Positions 34,980 to 45,401 of a stretch of DNA of 64,000 nt are shown in pieces (position 1 is the stretch's first letter; every line of letters starts with the position of its first letter). Both the position numbers and the translations under genes were made by a program. Under the pieces are notes generated by a model. It did no database searches, was not told the DNA's origin, and saw only the letters and a program-made list of their open reading frames with translations. Source of the DNA: a virus; IMG/VR virus record IMGVR_UViG_3300025645_000055, positions 9,386 through 73,385 of that record; one strand, written 5' to 3'.

Positions 34980-35486
34980 ATGGGATGGATTAAAACATTT
35001 AAACGTGGTGATGGTGGTTACGATAGTTTCGATTGGAAAATATCTGATTCAATTGCCGTAGATTTTATTACAGTATTATTTGGAATCATCTTAGGTTTCA
35101 TTCTTGGTATTATCATACCAATATTAATGTTATTCTTTTATGCTTGGAGTATTGATAGTCACCGTAGAAAACAATCCATAGTTGGGTTGGTGTGTTGTAT
35201 ACTTTGGGTATTGGATTTCATATTTGGTGGTCTTGCTTATAGTATGTGGGCACATGAGTATCCAAACTTCTTTTTATCTCTAGCTACCCTATTTTTAAGT
35301 ATGGGAACTATATTTGTTGTGTTATTGAGGTTTGATGATTTCTTATTTGATATGTTTCAGTCTTTTAACTATCCAGTACTAACATCGTTGGTTTGGTTTG
35401 GTGCTATAATATTTTTCACCCACCCAATATTTAAGATATTATTAGAGTTTATTGGTGTAGCTAGTAAACCATTTATAACATTTTAA
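34980..35486 (+). CDS. Multi-pass membrane protein
   Basis: About four TM segments. Confidence 0.7.
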   Translation: MGWIKTFKRGDGGYDSFDWKISDSIAVDFITVLFGIILGFILGIIIPILMLFFYAWSIDSHRRKQSIVGLVCCILWVLDFIFGGLAYSMWAHEYPNFFLSLATLFLSMGTIFVVLLRFDDFLFDMFQSFNYPVLTSLVWFGAIIFFTHPIFKILLEFIGVASKPFITF

Positions 35487-35488
35487 TA

Positions 35489-36364
35489 CTAGTTAAAGCT
35501 AAACATATTTGATTCTTTTTCTCTTCTTGAGGCGTGTCCACTATATGATACGGCTGTAGTTTTAATCTTTTCTTTTGCTTTGGTTAATTCATTATTTTTA
35601 ACCAATTGAATGAACTTAGACTTTCTGAAGTTACCAATCCCCATATTATAAATCATTGATACCATTGCATCATACATTCCTTGGGTAATTTTAACATCCA
35701 ATTTCTTAGTATCCCATTTATGTAGTATTCTATTAAGGGCATCACTGGCAACCTTAATATCTTTTGCTAATAAGGTTTCTGCTTGTTTATCATTTATTTT
35801 AGTCTCACCACTAACCATTTTTGTTTTACTTTTACGTTCCGAATGTCCCCAACCAATGGTGATTCTACCATCACCAATATCATATGCGGTTAAAACTGGT
35901 TCACCTTTTTTTCTGGCAGAACCTTCTTCATCTTTAATAAATTCAATAAGACTTTCACTAACATTTCTAATTTGTAAATTAGATTTAGGTGTTGTTGTTT
36001 CATCCTTTATTTTATTAATAACTTGGTTATCAAGTTCGATAACACTTGCTTTCACATCTGGTGGTAATTTGTTTAAAACCTTTTTAGTTTCACCAACATT
36101 AGAAAGCATTATAACCCCTAATCCTACGATAGCCATACTCAATACTTTTTTCTTAGTGTTTGTTGGAAGACCCTTAATTTTCTTATGTAACATAATTAAA
36201 TAGTTTTTAGCTTTATCAAGCGTATTAACGCCCTCAATTGATTTATCTATGGTAACACCTATGTCATCCCAATTAACCTCGTTAGGGGTATCTGGATTAA
36301 CCTTACCAGAGAAATCCTCAAGTAGTGTGTTTAGTTTATGAATATGATATGCGTTAACTAACAT
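35489..36364 (-). CDS. GH24 lysozyme with an N-terminal extension
   Basis: IKDEEG..AYD..TIGWGH; YDAMVSMIYNMG; RREKE; the only minus-strand gene. Confidence 0.88.
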   Translation of the reverse strand: MLVNAYHIHKLNTLLEDFSGKVNPDTPNEVNWDDIGVTIDKSIEGVNTLDKAKNYLIMLHKKIKGLPTNTKKKVLSMAIVGLGVIMLSNVGETKKVLNKLPPDVKASVIELDNQVINKIKDETTTPKSNLQIRNVSESLIEFIKDEEGSARKKGEPVLTAYDIGDGRITIGWGHSERKSKTKMVSGETKINDKQAETLLAKDIKVASDALNRILHKWDTKKLDVKITQGMYDAMVSMIYNMGIGNFRKSKFIQLVKNNELTKAKEKIKTTAVSYSGHASRREKESNMFSFN

Positions 36365-36468
36365 ATGTTTGTTTTTAATATAAATATACGGGATTTATTC
36401 AAAAATATATCAGATAAGTTGATTTTTAAATTCTTTTGAACTATATTTGTTTAAACTAAATACAAACC

Positions 36469-36972
36469 ATGGTAATAAACCACATTAAACCACCAAAAAC
36501 CATTTGTACTATAACCGATGAGGGACATAGAGTCTTTCTAGCTGGTAGTATTGAAATGGGTAAAGCCGAAGACTGGCAACAAAAAATAACAGATACCTTA
36601 CATAAGGATAAGTATAGACCATTTATAATATACAACCCAAGACGAGATGATTGGGACTCATCTTGGAAACAAGGTATGGAAGAACCACAATTTTATCAAC
36701 AAGTAAATTGGGAGATGAACGCATTAGACAAATGTGATACCATCTTTATGTACTTTGATAAGAATACCAAATCACCAATCTCATTACTTGAATTAGGACT
36801 CTATGCGTCATCTAAAAAGATGGTAGTATGTTGTCCAGACGGTTTTTGGAGAAAGGGCAACGTGGTAGCTGTATGTGAGAAATACGGCATCCCAATGTAT
36901 AATGACTTTGATGAAGCTACAGAAAGTTTAATCAAAAAGGTTAAAACGAGTGGTAAGCAATTATTAACCTAA
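36469..36972 (+). CDS. Nucleoside 2-deoxyribosyltransferase-like protein
   Basis: VFLAGSI, WQ, NPRR, QVNWE, SPISLLELGL. Confidence 0.9.
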   Translation: MVINHIKPPKTICTITDEGHRVFLAGSIEMGKAEDWQQKITDTLHKDKYRPFIIYNPRRDDWDSSWKQGMEEPQFYQQVNWEMNALDKCDTIFMYFDKNTKSPISLLELGLYASSKKMVVCCPDGFWRKGNVVAVCEKYGIPMYNDFDEATESLIKKVKTSGKQLLT

Positions 36973-37029
36973 GTTGCTTTATTGAAAAATTAGAACTATA
37001 TTTGTTCAAACCAAAACCAAAAACTAAAC

Positions 37030-37389
37030 ATGAGCATATTAAAATTTGAATTAAAAAAAGAACACATTGAGTTGGTGAAGTACCTTAATTGGGATAATCT
37101 AAAGGATGGTACAATTAGTACAGAACCTTCAGAACCATTTGGTAGTAATAACTCGTATGATGATATGGGTATCATTTTATATGGTAAACCAGAAGATTTT
37201 GACCCATTTAATTATGATGGTGATGAAATAGGTAATCCATTTAAATGGTCTTTAGAGCAATTAGAAGAAATGGAAACGTTATTAAGTGAATTACCACAAG
37301 CCATCGAAGTGATATTAAATGCACAAACATTCGAACCTGGTATGTATAAAACCAGATATAACGATAAGTCTTGGAAAAAGATTAAATAG
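37030..37389 (+). CDS. Hypothetical phage protein
   Basis: Follows a promoter; PFGSN motif. Confidence 0.7.
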   Translation: MSILKFELKKEHIELVKYLNWDNLKDGTISTEPSEPFGSNNSYDDMGIILYGKPEDFDPFNYDGDEIGNPFKWSLEQLEEMETLLSELPQAIEVILNAQTFEPGMYKTRYNDKSWKKIK

Positions 37390-37934
37390 TGGGTTTTTTA
37401 ACAACACTTAAGGCTGCTGTAGATGGTAATGAACCTGCGTTGGAAAAAATTCATGATAAAATATTTAATGTCGTAGATTTTAACTGTATGAGATTTAGCA
37501 CATCCAAATTGGATGGTGAAGATAATATACAAGAATGCTACATTAAGATTATGAATAAACTTCACACCTTTAATGGTAGAAGTTATAAGTCATTAAACAC
37601 ATGGGTTAAACATATATGTGTTAACTATTCGATAGACCAGTATCGTAAGAAGAATAATATTATTTCTGGAGAAGATATTTCTGAATATATAAACCACTAT
37701 TCAGATGAAGAAGAAACCGAAGCTAAAACATATTCTATTGATGATTTTATAGATGTTATTGATAGATTAGGTGATAAACAACGTATGATATTTAACCTAT
37801 TCGTACTTGATGGTTTTAGTCATAAAGAAATAAGTGTGGAACTTAACATAAGTATTGATGCATCCAAAAGTGGTCTTTACTTAGCTAAAAAAAACCTAAG
37901 AAAGTTCTCAAAAACAAAACAACAAAAACTATGA
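37389..37934 (+). CDS. ECF (sigma24-like) sigma factor
   Basis: EDNIQECYIKI, TWVKHICVNYSID, region 4 DGFSHKEISVELNIS. Confidence 0.85.
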   Translation: MGFLTTLKAAVDGNEPALEKIHDKIFNVVDFNCMRFSTSKLDGEDNIQECYIKIMNKLHTFNGRSYKSLNTWVKHICVNYSIDQYRKKNNIISGEDISEYINHYSDEEETEAKTYSIDDFIDVIDRLGDKQRMIFNLFVLDGFSHKEISVELNISIDASKSGLYLAKKNLRKFSKTKQQKL

Positions 37935-39634
37935 AATTTAAACAATTAACAAGGGAAAACAAAAACTTTATTGCAAACACTTATCGTGATAATAATCTAA
38001 GTTGGCAAGAGAGAATTCGTTTATTAGAAGATTATTGTGGGGTAAATGAACGAACTGTTAGAAATTGGGTTAAGAAATTAAACCTTAAATTAACAGAAGT
38101 GGTGGATTCACCAGAACTTAAAAAGGCAAAGGATAAAAACTTTAATAAGGATGCAACCAGATTTATTGTTACTTGGGCACAAAATGATACACCAGTACAT
38201 CTTAAATTCTTAAATAACATAGAACACTATGCTAAAGAAATAAATGCAGATATACATGTGATAGCTGGAAGGTATAAAAACCCAACATCTGTATTCACAG
38301 ATTCGACACATGATAAATGGTCAGATGATGTGGTAGAATATTTAGATGCTGCTAGACATGATATTCATAAGTATGTTAGTATAATGTCTGATGTAAAGGT
38401 ACAACCAACGGCAATAAACCCAATGACTGGATTACAAGGTATGTCTGGTGTTAATTCTTGTATTTTTGGCTCACCAAAGGTTCAATTAGAGATGATACCA
38501 GTGTTGGAAAAGGCAAAACCAAAGATGATGGTTACAACTGGTGCTTGTACTGTTTCAAACTATACAGATTCTAAGGCTGGTAAGAAGGGTGAATTCCACC
38601 ACCAACTTGGTTTTGTTATTGTTGAGATAAAGGATGATAACATATTCTATATGCGACAAGTAACCGCAGATGATGATGGTAACTTTACTGATTTATATTA
38701 CAATGTACAGTTTAAAGGTATAAGAGCACCTATAGAGTTTAGTGGTGAAACATTAATAGAGCAATTATTAAATAAAAGTGATTGGATTAAAAACCATTGT
38801 GGTTCTGAACCACTTATGTTATTAGGTAAGACTAAAATTAAAAAGGTTAAGAAGATAGCAGCTTGTATTCTTGGTGATATACATTATGGTCATCACGATA
38901 AAAAGGTGTTAAAGAAAACATATGAATTATTAGATAGGGTAATGCCAGAGCACGTTGTACTTCATGATGTATTTGATGGTGATTCAATATCACACCATGC
39001 AATGAAGGACCCCTTTATCCAATATGGTAAAGAAATGAACAATACCAACAACTTAGCTAACGAGGTTAACTTCATGATGAAGAAACTTAAAAAGTTTAAG
39101 AAATATGATAATGTGGTTATTGTTAGAAGTAATCATGATGATTTCTTGGATAGATGGCTTAAGTTGGGTGATTGGAAGAAACAACCAACCTATAAGAACT
39201 CACCATTATATATGGAATACAGTGGTATTCTACTTAAACAATATGCCGAAACACCAGAGGATGTTAAAGGTGTTATTCCAGAATTAATTAATAGAAAATT
39301 CCCTAAGTTTATAACACTTGGTAGGAGAGATTCATATAGGGTTAATGATTGGGAGTTAGGACAACATGGTGACTACGGTTCAAACGGTTCTAGAGGTTCA
39401 TTAGTACAAATGAGAAAACTTAACACAAAAATTGTGGTAGGTCATTATCATAGTCCAGGTCGTAAAGATGGTGCATTAGCCGTTGGAACATCAACCAAAT
39501 TAAGGGTTGGTTATAACCAAGGTCCAAGTTCTTGGGCACAATCACACGTAATTATACATGAAGATGGTAAAGCACAACATATCGTGTTTGTATCAGATGA
39601 TGATGGTAATGTGAATTATACAACCTTTGAATGA
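37931..39634 (+). CDS. N-terminal HTH plus metallophosphoesterase phage protein
   Basis: ERTVRNW HTH; GDIH, HDVFDG, SNHDD, HGD, GHYH. Confidence 0.8.
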   Translation: MKFKQLTRENKNFIANTYRDNNLSWQERIRLLEDYCGVNERTVRNWVKKLNLKLTEVVDSPELKKAKDKNFNKDATRFIVTWAQNDTPVHLKFLNNIEHYAKEINADIHVIAGRYKNPTSVFTDSTHDKWSDDVVEYLDAARHDIHKYVSIMSDVKVQPTAINPMTGLQGMSGVNSCIFGSPKVQLEMIPVLEKAKPKMMVTTGACTVSNYTDSKAGKKGEFHHQLGFVIVEIKDDNIFYMRQVTADDDGNFTDLYYNVQFKGIRAPIEFSGETLIEQLLNKSDWIKNHCGSEPLMLLGKTKIKKVKKIAACILGDIHYGHHDKKVLKKTYELLDRVMPEHVVLHDVFDGDSISHHAMKDPFIQYGKEMNNTNNLANEVNFMMKKLKKFKKYDNVVIVRSNHDDFLDRWLKLGDWKKQPTYKNSPLYMEYSGILLKQYAETPEDVKGVIPELINRKFPKFITLGRRDSYRVNDWELGQHGDYGSNGSRGSLVQMRKLNTKIVVGHYHSPGRKDGALAVGTSTKLRVGYNQGPSSWAQSHVIIHEDGKAQHIVFVSDDDGNVNYTTFE

Positions 39635-40059
39635 AAATATTTAAAAAGGGTAGAATTGAATTAGGTGAAGGTCATATAATCCAATACACCTTATTCGAAT
39701 GGAAACCATTGGGTGGTATTTGGTTTTACCACTGGAAGACAATAGACCAAAATAGATTTCACACACACGCCTTTAATAGTATAGCTACCACACTTAGTGG
39801 TGGTTATACTCAAGAGGTTATAAAGGATGGTGTAGTAACAAAAGAATATGTTAGTAAACTATTTAGACCAAGATTCTTACCAAGGAATTACTGTCATAGA
39901 ATATTAGAAGCAAAACCAAATACCTGGACAATGGTAATGTTTGGTAGATGGATACCATATTGGTGGGAATATTTCTCTGATACAAAAACTTGGGTGAAAT
40001 ATACTTGGGGTCGAAAAGTGGTGGATAAACGAAATGGTGATGAAACAACAATACTTTAG
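39631..40059 (+). CDS. Cupin-fold protein
   Basis: FHTHAF..GGY.Q..HRI..WT. Confidence 0.6.
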   Translation: MKIFKKGRIELGEGHIIQYTLFEWKPLGGIWFYHWKTIDQNRFHTHAFNSIATTLSGGYTQEVIKDGVVTKEYVSKLFRPRFLPRNYCHRILEAKPNTWTMVMFGRWIPYWWEYFSDTKTWVKYTWGRKVVDKRNGDETTIL

Positions 40060-40062
40060 ACT

Positions 40063-40422
40063 ATGAAATTTAAAACCAGAAAAGAAAGATTAAAACATAG
40101 ACTAGAAAATGAAACCAATGGTGAAAATATTGATAAGTTGATGGAAATCTTTGAGTATTATGAACGTAACAATTTAAATACTATAGAAAAATTAAACAGA
40201 CGAAAGAAGATATATACCAATGGTATTAATGGAGCATTGAGGGGTGCAATAACAGCTCATGGTCCTATTACTAAGTTACTTATAGGTAGTGCATCCAAAC
40301 GAATATATGGTAGTCTTCTTAAAAGTGAGACTGAAGCCAAATACAGATTTTCACTTATTTCCTACATTTTAGGTATATTTTCTTTGTTAGTTGGATTATT
40401 TGTAGTATATTTGCTGTATTAA
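40063..40422 (+). CDS. Hypothetical protein with a C-terminal TM
   Basis: Hydrophobic C-terminus. Confidence 0.65.
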   Translation: MKFKTRKERLKHRLENETNGENIDKLMEIFEYYERNNLNTIEKLNRRKKIYTNGINGALRGAITAHGPITKLLIGSASKRIYGSLLKSETEAKYRFSLISYILGIFSLLVGLFVVYLLY

Positions 40423-40423
40423 T

Positions 40424-40654
40424 ATGATAAAACAACAACAATTACATGAGGCAATTTTAAATGATACAGTTTTAAAGGATATGTATCAATACATAAATCA
40501 TATCTACTCTGTCTCATTCCCAACAATTATTTATGAAATTGGTAGTAACACCATTACGTATAAATACAGTGAGGTGGTTGAATCGTTAGTTGGTAATGTT
40601 AAACATGTAATAAAACATAGAGAAAATCAAATAATAGGATATTATGAACGGTAA
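40424..40654 (+). CDS. Hypothetical protein
   Basis: ORF in gene run. Confidence 0.55.
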   Translation: MIKQQQLHEAILNDTVLKDMYQYINHIYSVSFPTIIYEIGSNTITYKYSEVVESLVGNVKHVIKHRENQIIGYYER

Positions 40655-40988
40655 AGACTTAAAAAAGGATTCTTATGTAAAATGGGAAGCTAGAAGAATG
40701 TTAAAGGGGTGGAATACATTTGGGAAAGTAACCAACTTAACCAAGAAGGAAGTTACAATACTTACCTTTGATGATTTTAAAGAAACAACAATATCAAGAA
40801 CTGGTGAAGCAGTTGATGATGAGATATATCTTGTTACTAAACAAGATGTTGAAGATAATCTATTGTTATCTCGTATCGAACTAGATGCCCAAATAGGTAA
40901 AGTAGAACTTGAAGCATTAAAAGAGGTGCGTGAGTTACAAAAAATAAAAAGAAAAATAACAGAATATATAGATGGAGAAGATAACTAA
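40644..40988 (+). CDS. Hypothetical protein
   Basis: ORF in gene run. Confidence 0.65.
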   Translation: MNGKDLKKDSYVKWEARRMLKGWNTFGKVTNLTKKEVTILTFDDFKETTISRTGEAVDDEIYLVTKQDVEDNLLLSRIELDAQIGKVELEALKEVRELQKIKRKITEYIDGEDN

Positions 40989-41505
40989 AATAACATACTT
41001 TGATTTTGATGGAACATCCGTTAAAACACAAATGCCAGACTCTGGTAAAATAATTTGGGAAAATGTTACTGGTAATGTTTGGCCTCACATTGGGTGGTGG
41101 TCTAAACCAGAATCACTAGATATTGAGGTATTTGAACACCCAGTTAATCCATTGGTAAAAGAGGCTAATGACATCCACAATGGTTGTGATGAAACCCTTA
41201 CTGTTATGCTTACTGGTCGTAGAAAACACCTAGCAACGTTGGTTGAAGATTTATTGGATAAGTATGAATACAAATTCGATAGACACCAGTATAACTACGG
41301 TGGTTCTACAGAACAAAATAAGATAGACCAAATGAACAATGCACTTGAAGAATTTAAAAATGTTAAAACCATAACATTCTTTGATGATAGGTTAGAACAC
41401 CTACCAATCTTTAAGGACTACTTAACATCATTGGTTGACAACGGTAGATTAGACACATTTAACCTTTACCATGTAGATGGTCAAGGTGAAATCAACGTAT
41501 ACTAA
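40972..41505 (+). CDS. HAD phosphatase, RNA-repair (Swiss Army Knife)-like
   Basis: FDFDGT, GWW, MLTGR, K, FDDR..H. Confidence 0.8.
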   Translation: MEKITKITYFDFDGTSVKTQMPDSGKIIWENVTGNVWPHIGWWSKPESLDIEVFEHPVNPLVKEANDIHNGCDETLTVMLTGRRKHLATLVEDLLDKYEYKFDRHQYNYGGSTEQNKIDQMNNALEEFKNVKTITFFDDRLEHLPIFKDYLTSLVDNGRLDTFNLYHVDGQGEINVY

Positions 41506-41738
41506 TGGATACTAAAGAAAACTTAGTTAAACAACTCTTATCAGAGTGTAAGATATACACGGACAAACCAACGACAAAACTCGGTGGTCAAAGTGCTGGT
41601 ATGACTTATTACCCAACAATCGTTGAGCATGAGAGTCTGGAAATTAAGTTTAGTATCAATTACCATAAGTCTATGTACAAGAATAGGGAATTGGGCTTAA
41701 CTCTTATGGAGTTAGCCCTTTCTGAGATTATAAAATAA
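41505..41738 (+). CDS. Hypothetical protein
   Basis: taatg coupling. Confidence 0.6.
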   Translation: MDTKENLVKQLLSECKIYTDKPTTKLGGQSAGMTYYPTIVEHESLEIKFSINYHKSMYKNRELGLTLMELALSEIIK

Positions 41739-41741
41739 AAT

Positions 41742-43661
41742 ATGAATAAAATAGAAATAGGAGACATACTAGAAGGAACAATACATTTTAACAAATTTGG
41801 TTCTGCATATCTAGTAAGTAATAAATTAAAAAAAGACATCTACATACATAAAAATAACACTAATAAATCTATTCATTTAGATACTATTAGTCTTAGGGTT
41901 GTGAAAGGAGTAAATCGTTCAATAGAAGGTGTCGTTGAAGAAGTAATAGAACGGTTTAAAACAACATTCGTTGGTACAATACAAATTAATAATGGGTTTG
42001 GGTTTCTGGTTGCAGATTCCGATAAAATGCCATTTGATTTGTTTATTCCACAAATTAAATTAATGGGTGCAACCAACGGTCAAAAGGTGGTTGGTAGATT
42101 GGTTGATTGGCTTGATGGTATGAAAACACCAAACGGTGAAATCATTGAGATACTTGGTGATATTAACGATAACGATGTTCAAACAAATGCTATCGTTCAC
42201 CAGTATGAATTACCAGGTGTGTTCGATGAAGATGTTAAAGCAGAGTCTGAAATGATATCTGATGTGATTACTGATGAAGATATTTCAAATAGGTTAGACC
42301 TAAGAGAGATATTAACATTTACAATTGACCCAGATACCGCAAAAGACTTTGATGATGCACTATCATACGAAGACTTACCAAATGGTGATATAAAGATTGG
42401 AATACATATAGCAGATGTTAGTCATTATGTGAGACCTGGAACTGCATTAGATAAAGAAGCATACGAAAGAGGAACATCCATCTATTTAACCGACACGGTT
42501 ATTCCGATGCTCCCAGAGAGACTTTCTAATGGGATATGTTCACTAAGACCTAATGAAGATAAACTAACGTTCTCAGCCATCTTTACGTTCAATAAGAACT
42601 ATGAGGTTATTGATGAATGGTTTGGTAGAACGGTAATACATTCTAACCATAGACTTACATATGGTGAGGCAGAAAATCTTATATTATTAAGTAAACCCAC
42701 TAGTGATGATGAAATGGAAAGTGTGTTACCAGTAATAAATGATATTGCAAAGGAATTAAGGAGTATTAGAGATGATGATGGTGCAATTACATTTCAACGT
42801 GATGAATTAAAGTTCTTCACCAATGGAGCTGGTGAGTTGGATATAATGGTGAAACCAACATTAAGTTCTAATATTCTTATTGAAGAATTCATGCTACTAG
42901 CCAACAGAAGGGTTGGTAGATTATTAAAGAGTAAGAAGATTCCGACTGTTAATAGAATACACGAAGAACCTAATCCAGAGAAGCTTGGTGATGTTCAAAA
43001 ATCACTTAAAGAGTTTGGATATAATGTTGATTTATTAAGTCCTAAAAACTTAAGGAGAAACATTAACAACTTATTAAGAGAAGTACATGGTAAGGATGAT
43101 GAGCATTTGGTGAATAACCTATTGCTTAGGTCGATGCAAAAGGCAGTATATTCAACAGAACACGCAGGTCACTTTGGTTTGTCGTTTGATGATTATACAC
43201 ACTTTACATCACCAATTAGACGTTACCCAGATATCATGGTTCATAGAATACTTAATCGAGTGTTGGAAGGTAAAAGCCAACATAAGGAGAGTAAACTATC
43301 CACAAGATGTAATCACTTATCCAATATGGAAGTTAGAGCACAAAAAGCATCTAGGGAGTCTATCAAGTATAAGCAATGTGAGTACATGAAAGAAAGGGTT
43401 GGTAAACTATTTACTGGTGTTGTTTCATCAATAAACACACATGGGATATATGTTGAAATAGTAGGTGCAAACTGTGATGGTTTCATCAATACTTCATCAT
43501 ATTCTAAAGATGAATCATATACCATTAATTCAAATAAAGTATCTACAATTGGAAACGATAGTGGAAAGACAATTACATTAGGTGATAAGATACCAATTCT
43601 AATTAAAAGTGTAGACTTTGTAAGTAAAACTATCAACGTTAAGCATTTTAATTTAAAATAA
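41742..43661 (+). CDS. rnr: Ribonuclease R (RNB family)
   Basis: TIDPDTAKDFDDALS, HIADVSHYV, HFTSPIRRYPD, C-terminal S1 domain. Confidence 0.95.
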   Translation: MNKIEIGDILEGTIHFNKFGSAYLVSNKLKKDIYIHKNNTNKSIHLDTISLRVVKGVNRSIEGVVEEVIERFKTTFVGTIQINNGFGFLVADSDKMPFDLFIPQIKLMGATNGQKVVGRLVDWLDGMKTPNGEIIEILGDINDNDVQTNAIVHQYELPGVFDEDVKAESEMISDVITDEDISNRLDLREILTFTIDPDTAKDFDDALSYEDLPNGDIKIGIHIADVSHYVRPGTALDKEAYERGTSIYLTDTVIPMLPERLSNGICSLRPNEDKLTFSAIFTFNKNYEVIDEWFGRTVIHSNHRLTYGEAENLILLSKPTSDDEMESVLPVINDIAKELRSIRDDDGAITFQRDELKFFTNGAGELDIMVKPTLSSNILIEEFMLLANRRVGRLLKSKKIPTVNRIHEEPNPEKLGDVQKSLKEFGYNVDLLSPKNLRRNINNLLREVHGKDDEHLVNNLLLRSMQKAVYSTEHAGHFGLSFDDYTHFTSPIRRYPDIMVHRILNRVLEGKSQHKESKLSTRCNHLSNMEVRAQKASRESIKYKQCEYMKERVGKLFTGVVSSINTHGIYVEIVGANCDGFINTSSYSKDESYTINSNKVSTIGNDSGKTITLGDKIPILIKSVDFVSKTINVKHFNLK

Positions 43662-43740
43662 TACCAAATATAGTTGAAACTCTATTTTAATAGAACTATC
43701 TTTGTCATCAATAATAACTATAATAACATCCTTAACCTAT

Positions 43741-44616
43741 ATGAGAGTACTAAAAATCGGTAGTGGCTACACTATAAAAGAATCTGAAAGTTTAAAACAA
43801 TATTTAAAGGATGTATCAAAAATACCTTTATTCGCATCATCTGATGCTGAAGCTGAATGTGCTCAAAGAGCATTTGGGGGTGATAAAAGGGCTATTGATG
43901 AATTAGTAAGTAGAAACCTAAGATTTGTTATTAGTGTTGCAAAACAACACAAGACCACCAACGTACTATTAGATGATTTAATCAACGAGGGTAATATAGG
44001 TTTGCTTGAAGCTGCTACCAAGTTTGACCCAAGTCATGGTAATAAATTTATATCCTTTGCCGTTTGGTATATTAGGAAAGATATCATGAAGTATGTATAC
44101 ACCCATGAAAGGGTTGTAAGGGTACCTCTCAACAAGTTAAACGCATTAAATATGCTTAATAATGAAATCTGTGCTGCCGAACAAGAAACTGGTGGTAAGG
44201 TATCTATGAGTGAAATTCAAGAAAGAGAAAATTTAAACCATTTAACAACATCTAAAATGTCAGATTTATTGGCATTAAGCACTAGTAATACCATGTCAAT
44301 TGACACACCATTAACTGGTGGTGAATCAACAAGATATTCTGATGTGATGGAATCTAAGGAGTTTGATGATACTGATGGAAAGTTAATTAATGAACAACAA
44401 TTAGATAGATTAAACCTATTGTTAGATAGGCTTGATTATGATACTGCTTTTGTTGTTAAGATGTACTATGGTATTGATTGTTTTTATCCTTTAAAACTAG
44501 AAGAAATAGGTGAAATCCTAGGTTTATGTAGTGAACGTGTTAGACAAATTAAAATCAGTGGACTTAAAAAACTTAAAGAATTAGGTAATGTGGTTGAGTT
44601 TAGAGATATGCTTTAG
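43741..44616 (+). CDS. Sigma70 RpoD/SigA-family sigma factor (Bacteroidota-like)
   Basis: YLKDVSK, NLRFVISVAKQ, DLINEGNIGL, KFISFAVWYIR, ERVRQIK. Confidence 0.93.
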   Translation: MRVLKIGSGYTIKESESLKQYLKDVSKIPLFASSDAEAECAQRAFGGDKRAIDELVSRNLRFVISVAKQHKTTNVLLDDLINEGNIGLLEAATKFDPSHGNKFISFAVWYIRKDIMKYVYTHERVVRVPLNKLNALNMLNNEICAAEQETGGKVSMSEIQERENLNHLTTSKMSDLLALSTSNTMSIDTPLTGGESTRYSDVMESKEFDDTDGKLINEQQLDRLNLLLDRLDYDTAFVVKMYYGIDCFYPLKLEEIGEILGLCSERVRQIKISGLKKLKELGNVVEFRDML

Positions 44617-44663
44617 TGTTTTCTATAATTTTATAATATTTATTACTATAAAAGATATTTAAA

Positions 44664-45038
44664 ATGGCAAAAAATACAATAAAAAGACTGGTTAGAGAAT
44701 CACTATTTGGTGAGGTAGCAAAGAAGAAAGAAAAGAATCAATCCAAACTTAAGGGTAGTCAAGATAATAATGACAAAGAAAAGGGTAACGAAGTTAATCA
44801 TGAGAAGAACACCAAAAAGGATTATACAGATGTTCAACACGCATTAGATAAGGATAGAAACCCTACGGGTCCTTCAAATGTTGGGATAATGAAAGCTATG
44901 GGTATTGAAGATGATGCTGGTGGTATCGCTAGGTCTTTATTTGGTAAGAAATTAAACCAAGATAAAAATGACCAAGGTGGTTTATATCAATTTGATGATA
45001 CAGAATTGGCAACAATTAGAGGTCTTATACCAAAATAA
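44664..45038 (+). CDS. Hypothetical protein, possibly virion-internal
   Basis: Upstream TATTTAT; N-terminal IKRLVRES. Confidence 0.65.
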   Translation: MAKNTIKRLVRESLFGEVAKKKEKNQSKLKGSQDNNDKEKGNEVNHEKNTKKDYTDVQHALDKDRNPTGPSNVGIMKAMGIEDDAGGIARSLFGKKLNQDKNDQGGLYQFDDTELATIRGLIPK

Positions 45039-45058
45039 AATACATAACATATATAATT

Positions 45059-45086
45059 AAATCACCTATCCAGGTGATTTTTTTTG
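45059..45086 (+). terminator. Intrinsic terminator
   Basis: aaatcacct-atcc-aggtgattt plus T-tract. Confidence 0.8.
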
Positions 45087-45131
45087 TTTAAAAACTTGTA
45101 TAACCCAATTATTAGTCTTATATTTGTGGTG

Positions 45132-45398
45132 ATGAAAAAATTAGGTAAATATTTAATCGTTATCGGTCTGTTGTTTGGGTGTGAAGAATTCCCATCAACC
45201 TATACCAAAAAAACTATCAAAGAATATAATAAGATGGATAAACCAATCACCCTATTAGCCAAGGCTAAGGATGGAAATGGTTATTACTCTGTTACACTTC
45301 TTGATGGTAGTGGCGAAGCACACCAATTCAGTAGTATGAGTAGGTTCGCCAATGATATAGGTCAAACATACAAGAAAGGTGACACAATAAAACAATAA
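45132..45398 (+). CDS. Putative lipoprotein
   Basis: MKKLGKYLIVIGLLFGC lipobox-like signal. Confidence 0.6.
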   Translation: MKKLGKYLIVIGLLFGCEEFPSTYTKKTIKEYNKMDKPITLLAKAKDGNGYYSVTLLDGSGEAHQFSSMSRFANDIGQTYKKGDTIKQ

Positions 45399-45401
45399 AT
45401 T

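Noticed and set aside
23527-45131. TTG starts at 23527, 29405, 43702 and 45084
   Set aside because: The first three TTGs are part of the TAnnTTTG promoter element and the last lies in a terminator T-tract; downstream ATGs were used instead.
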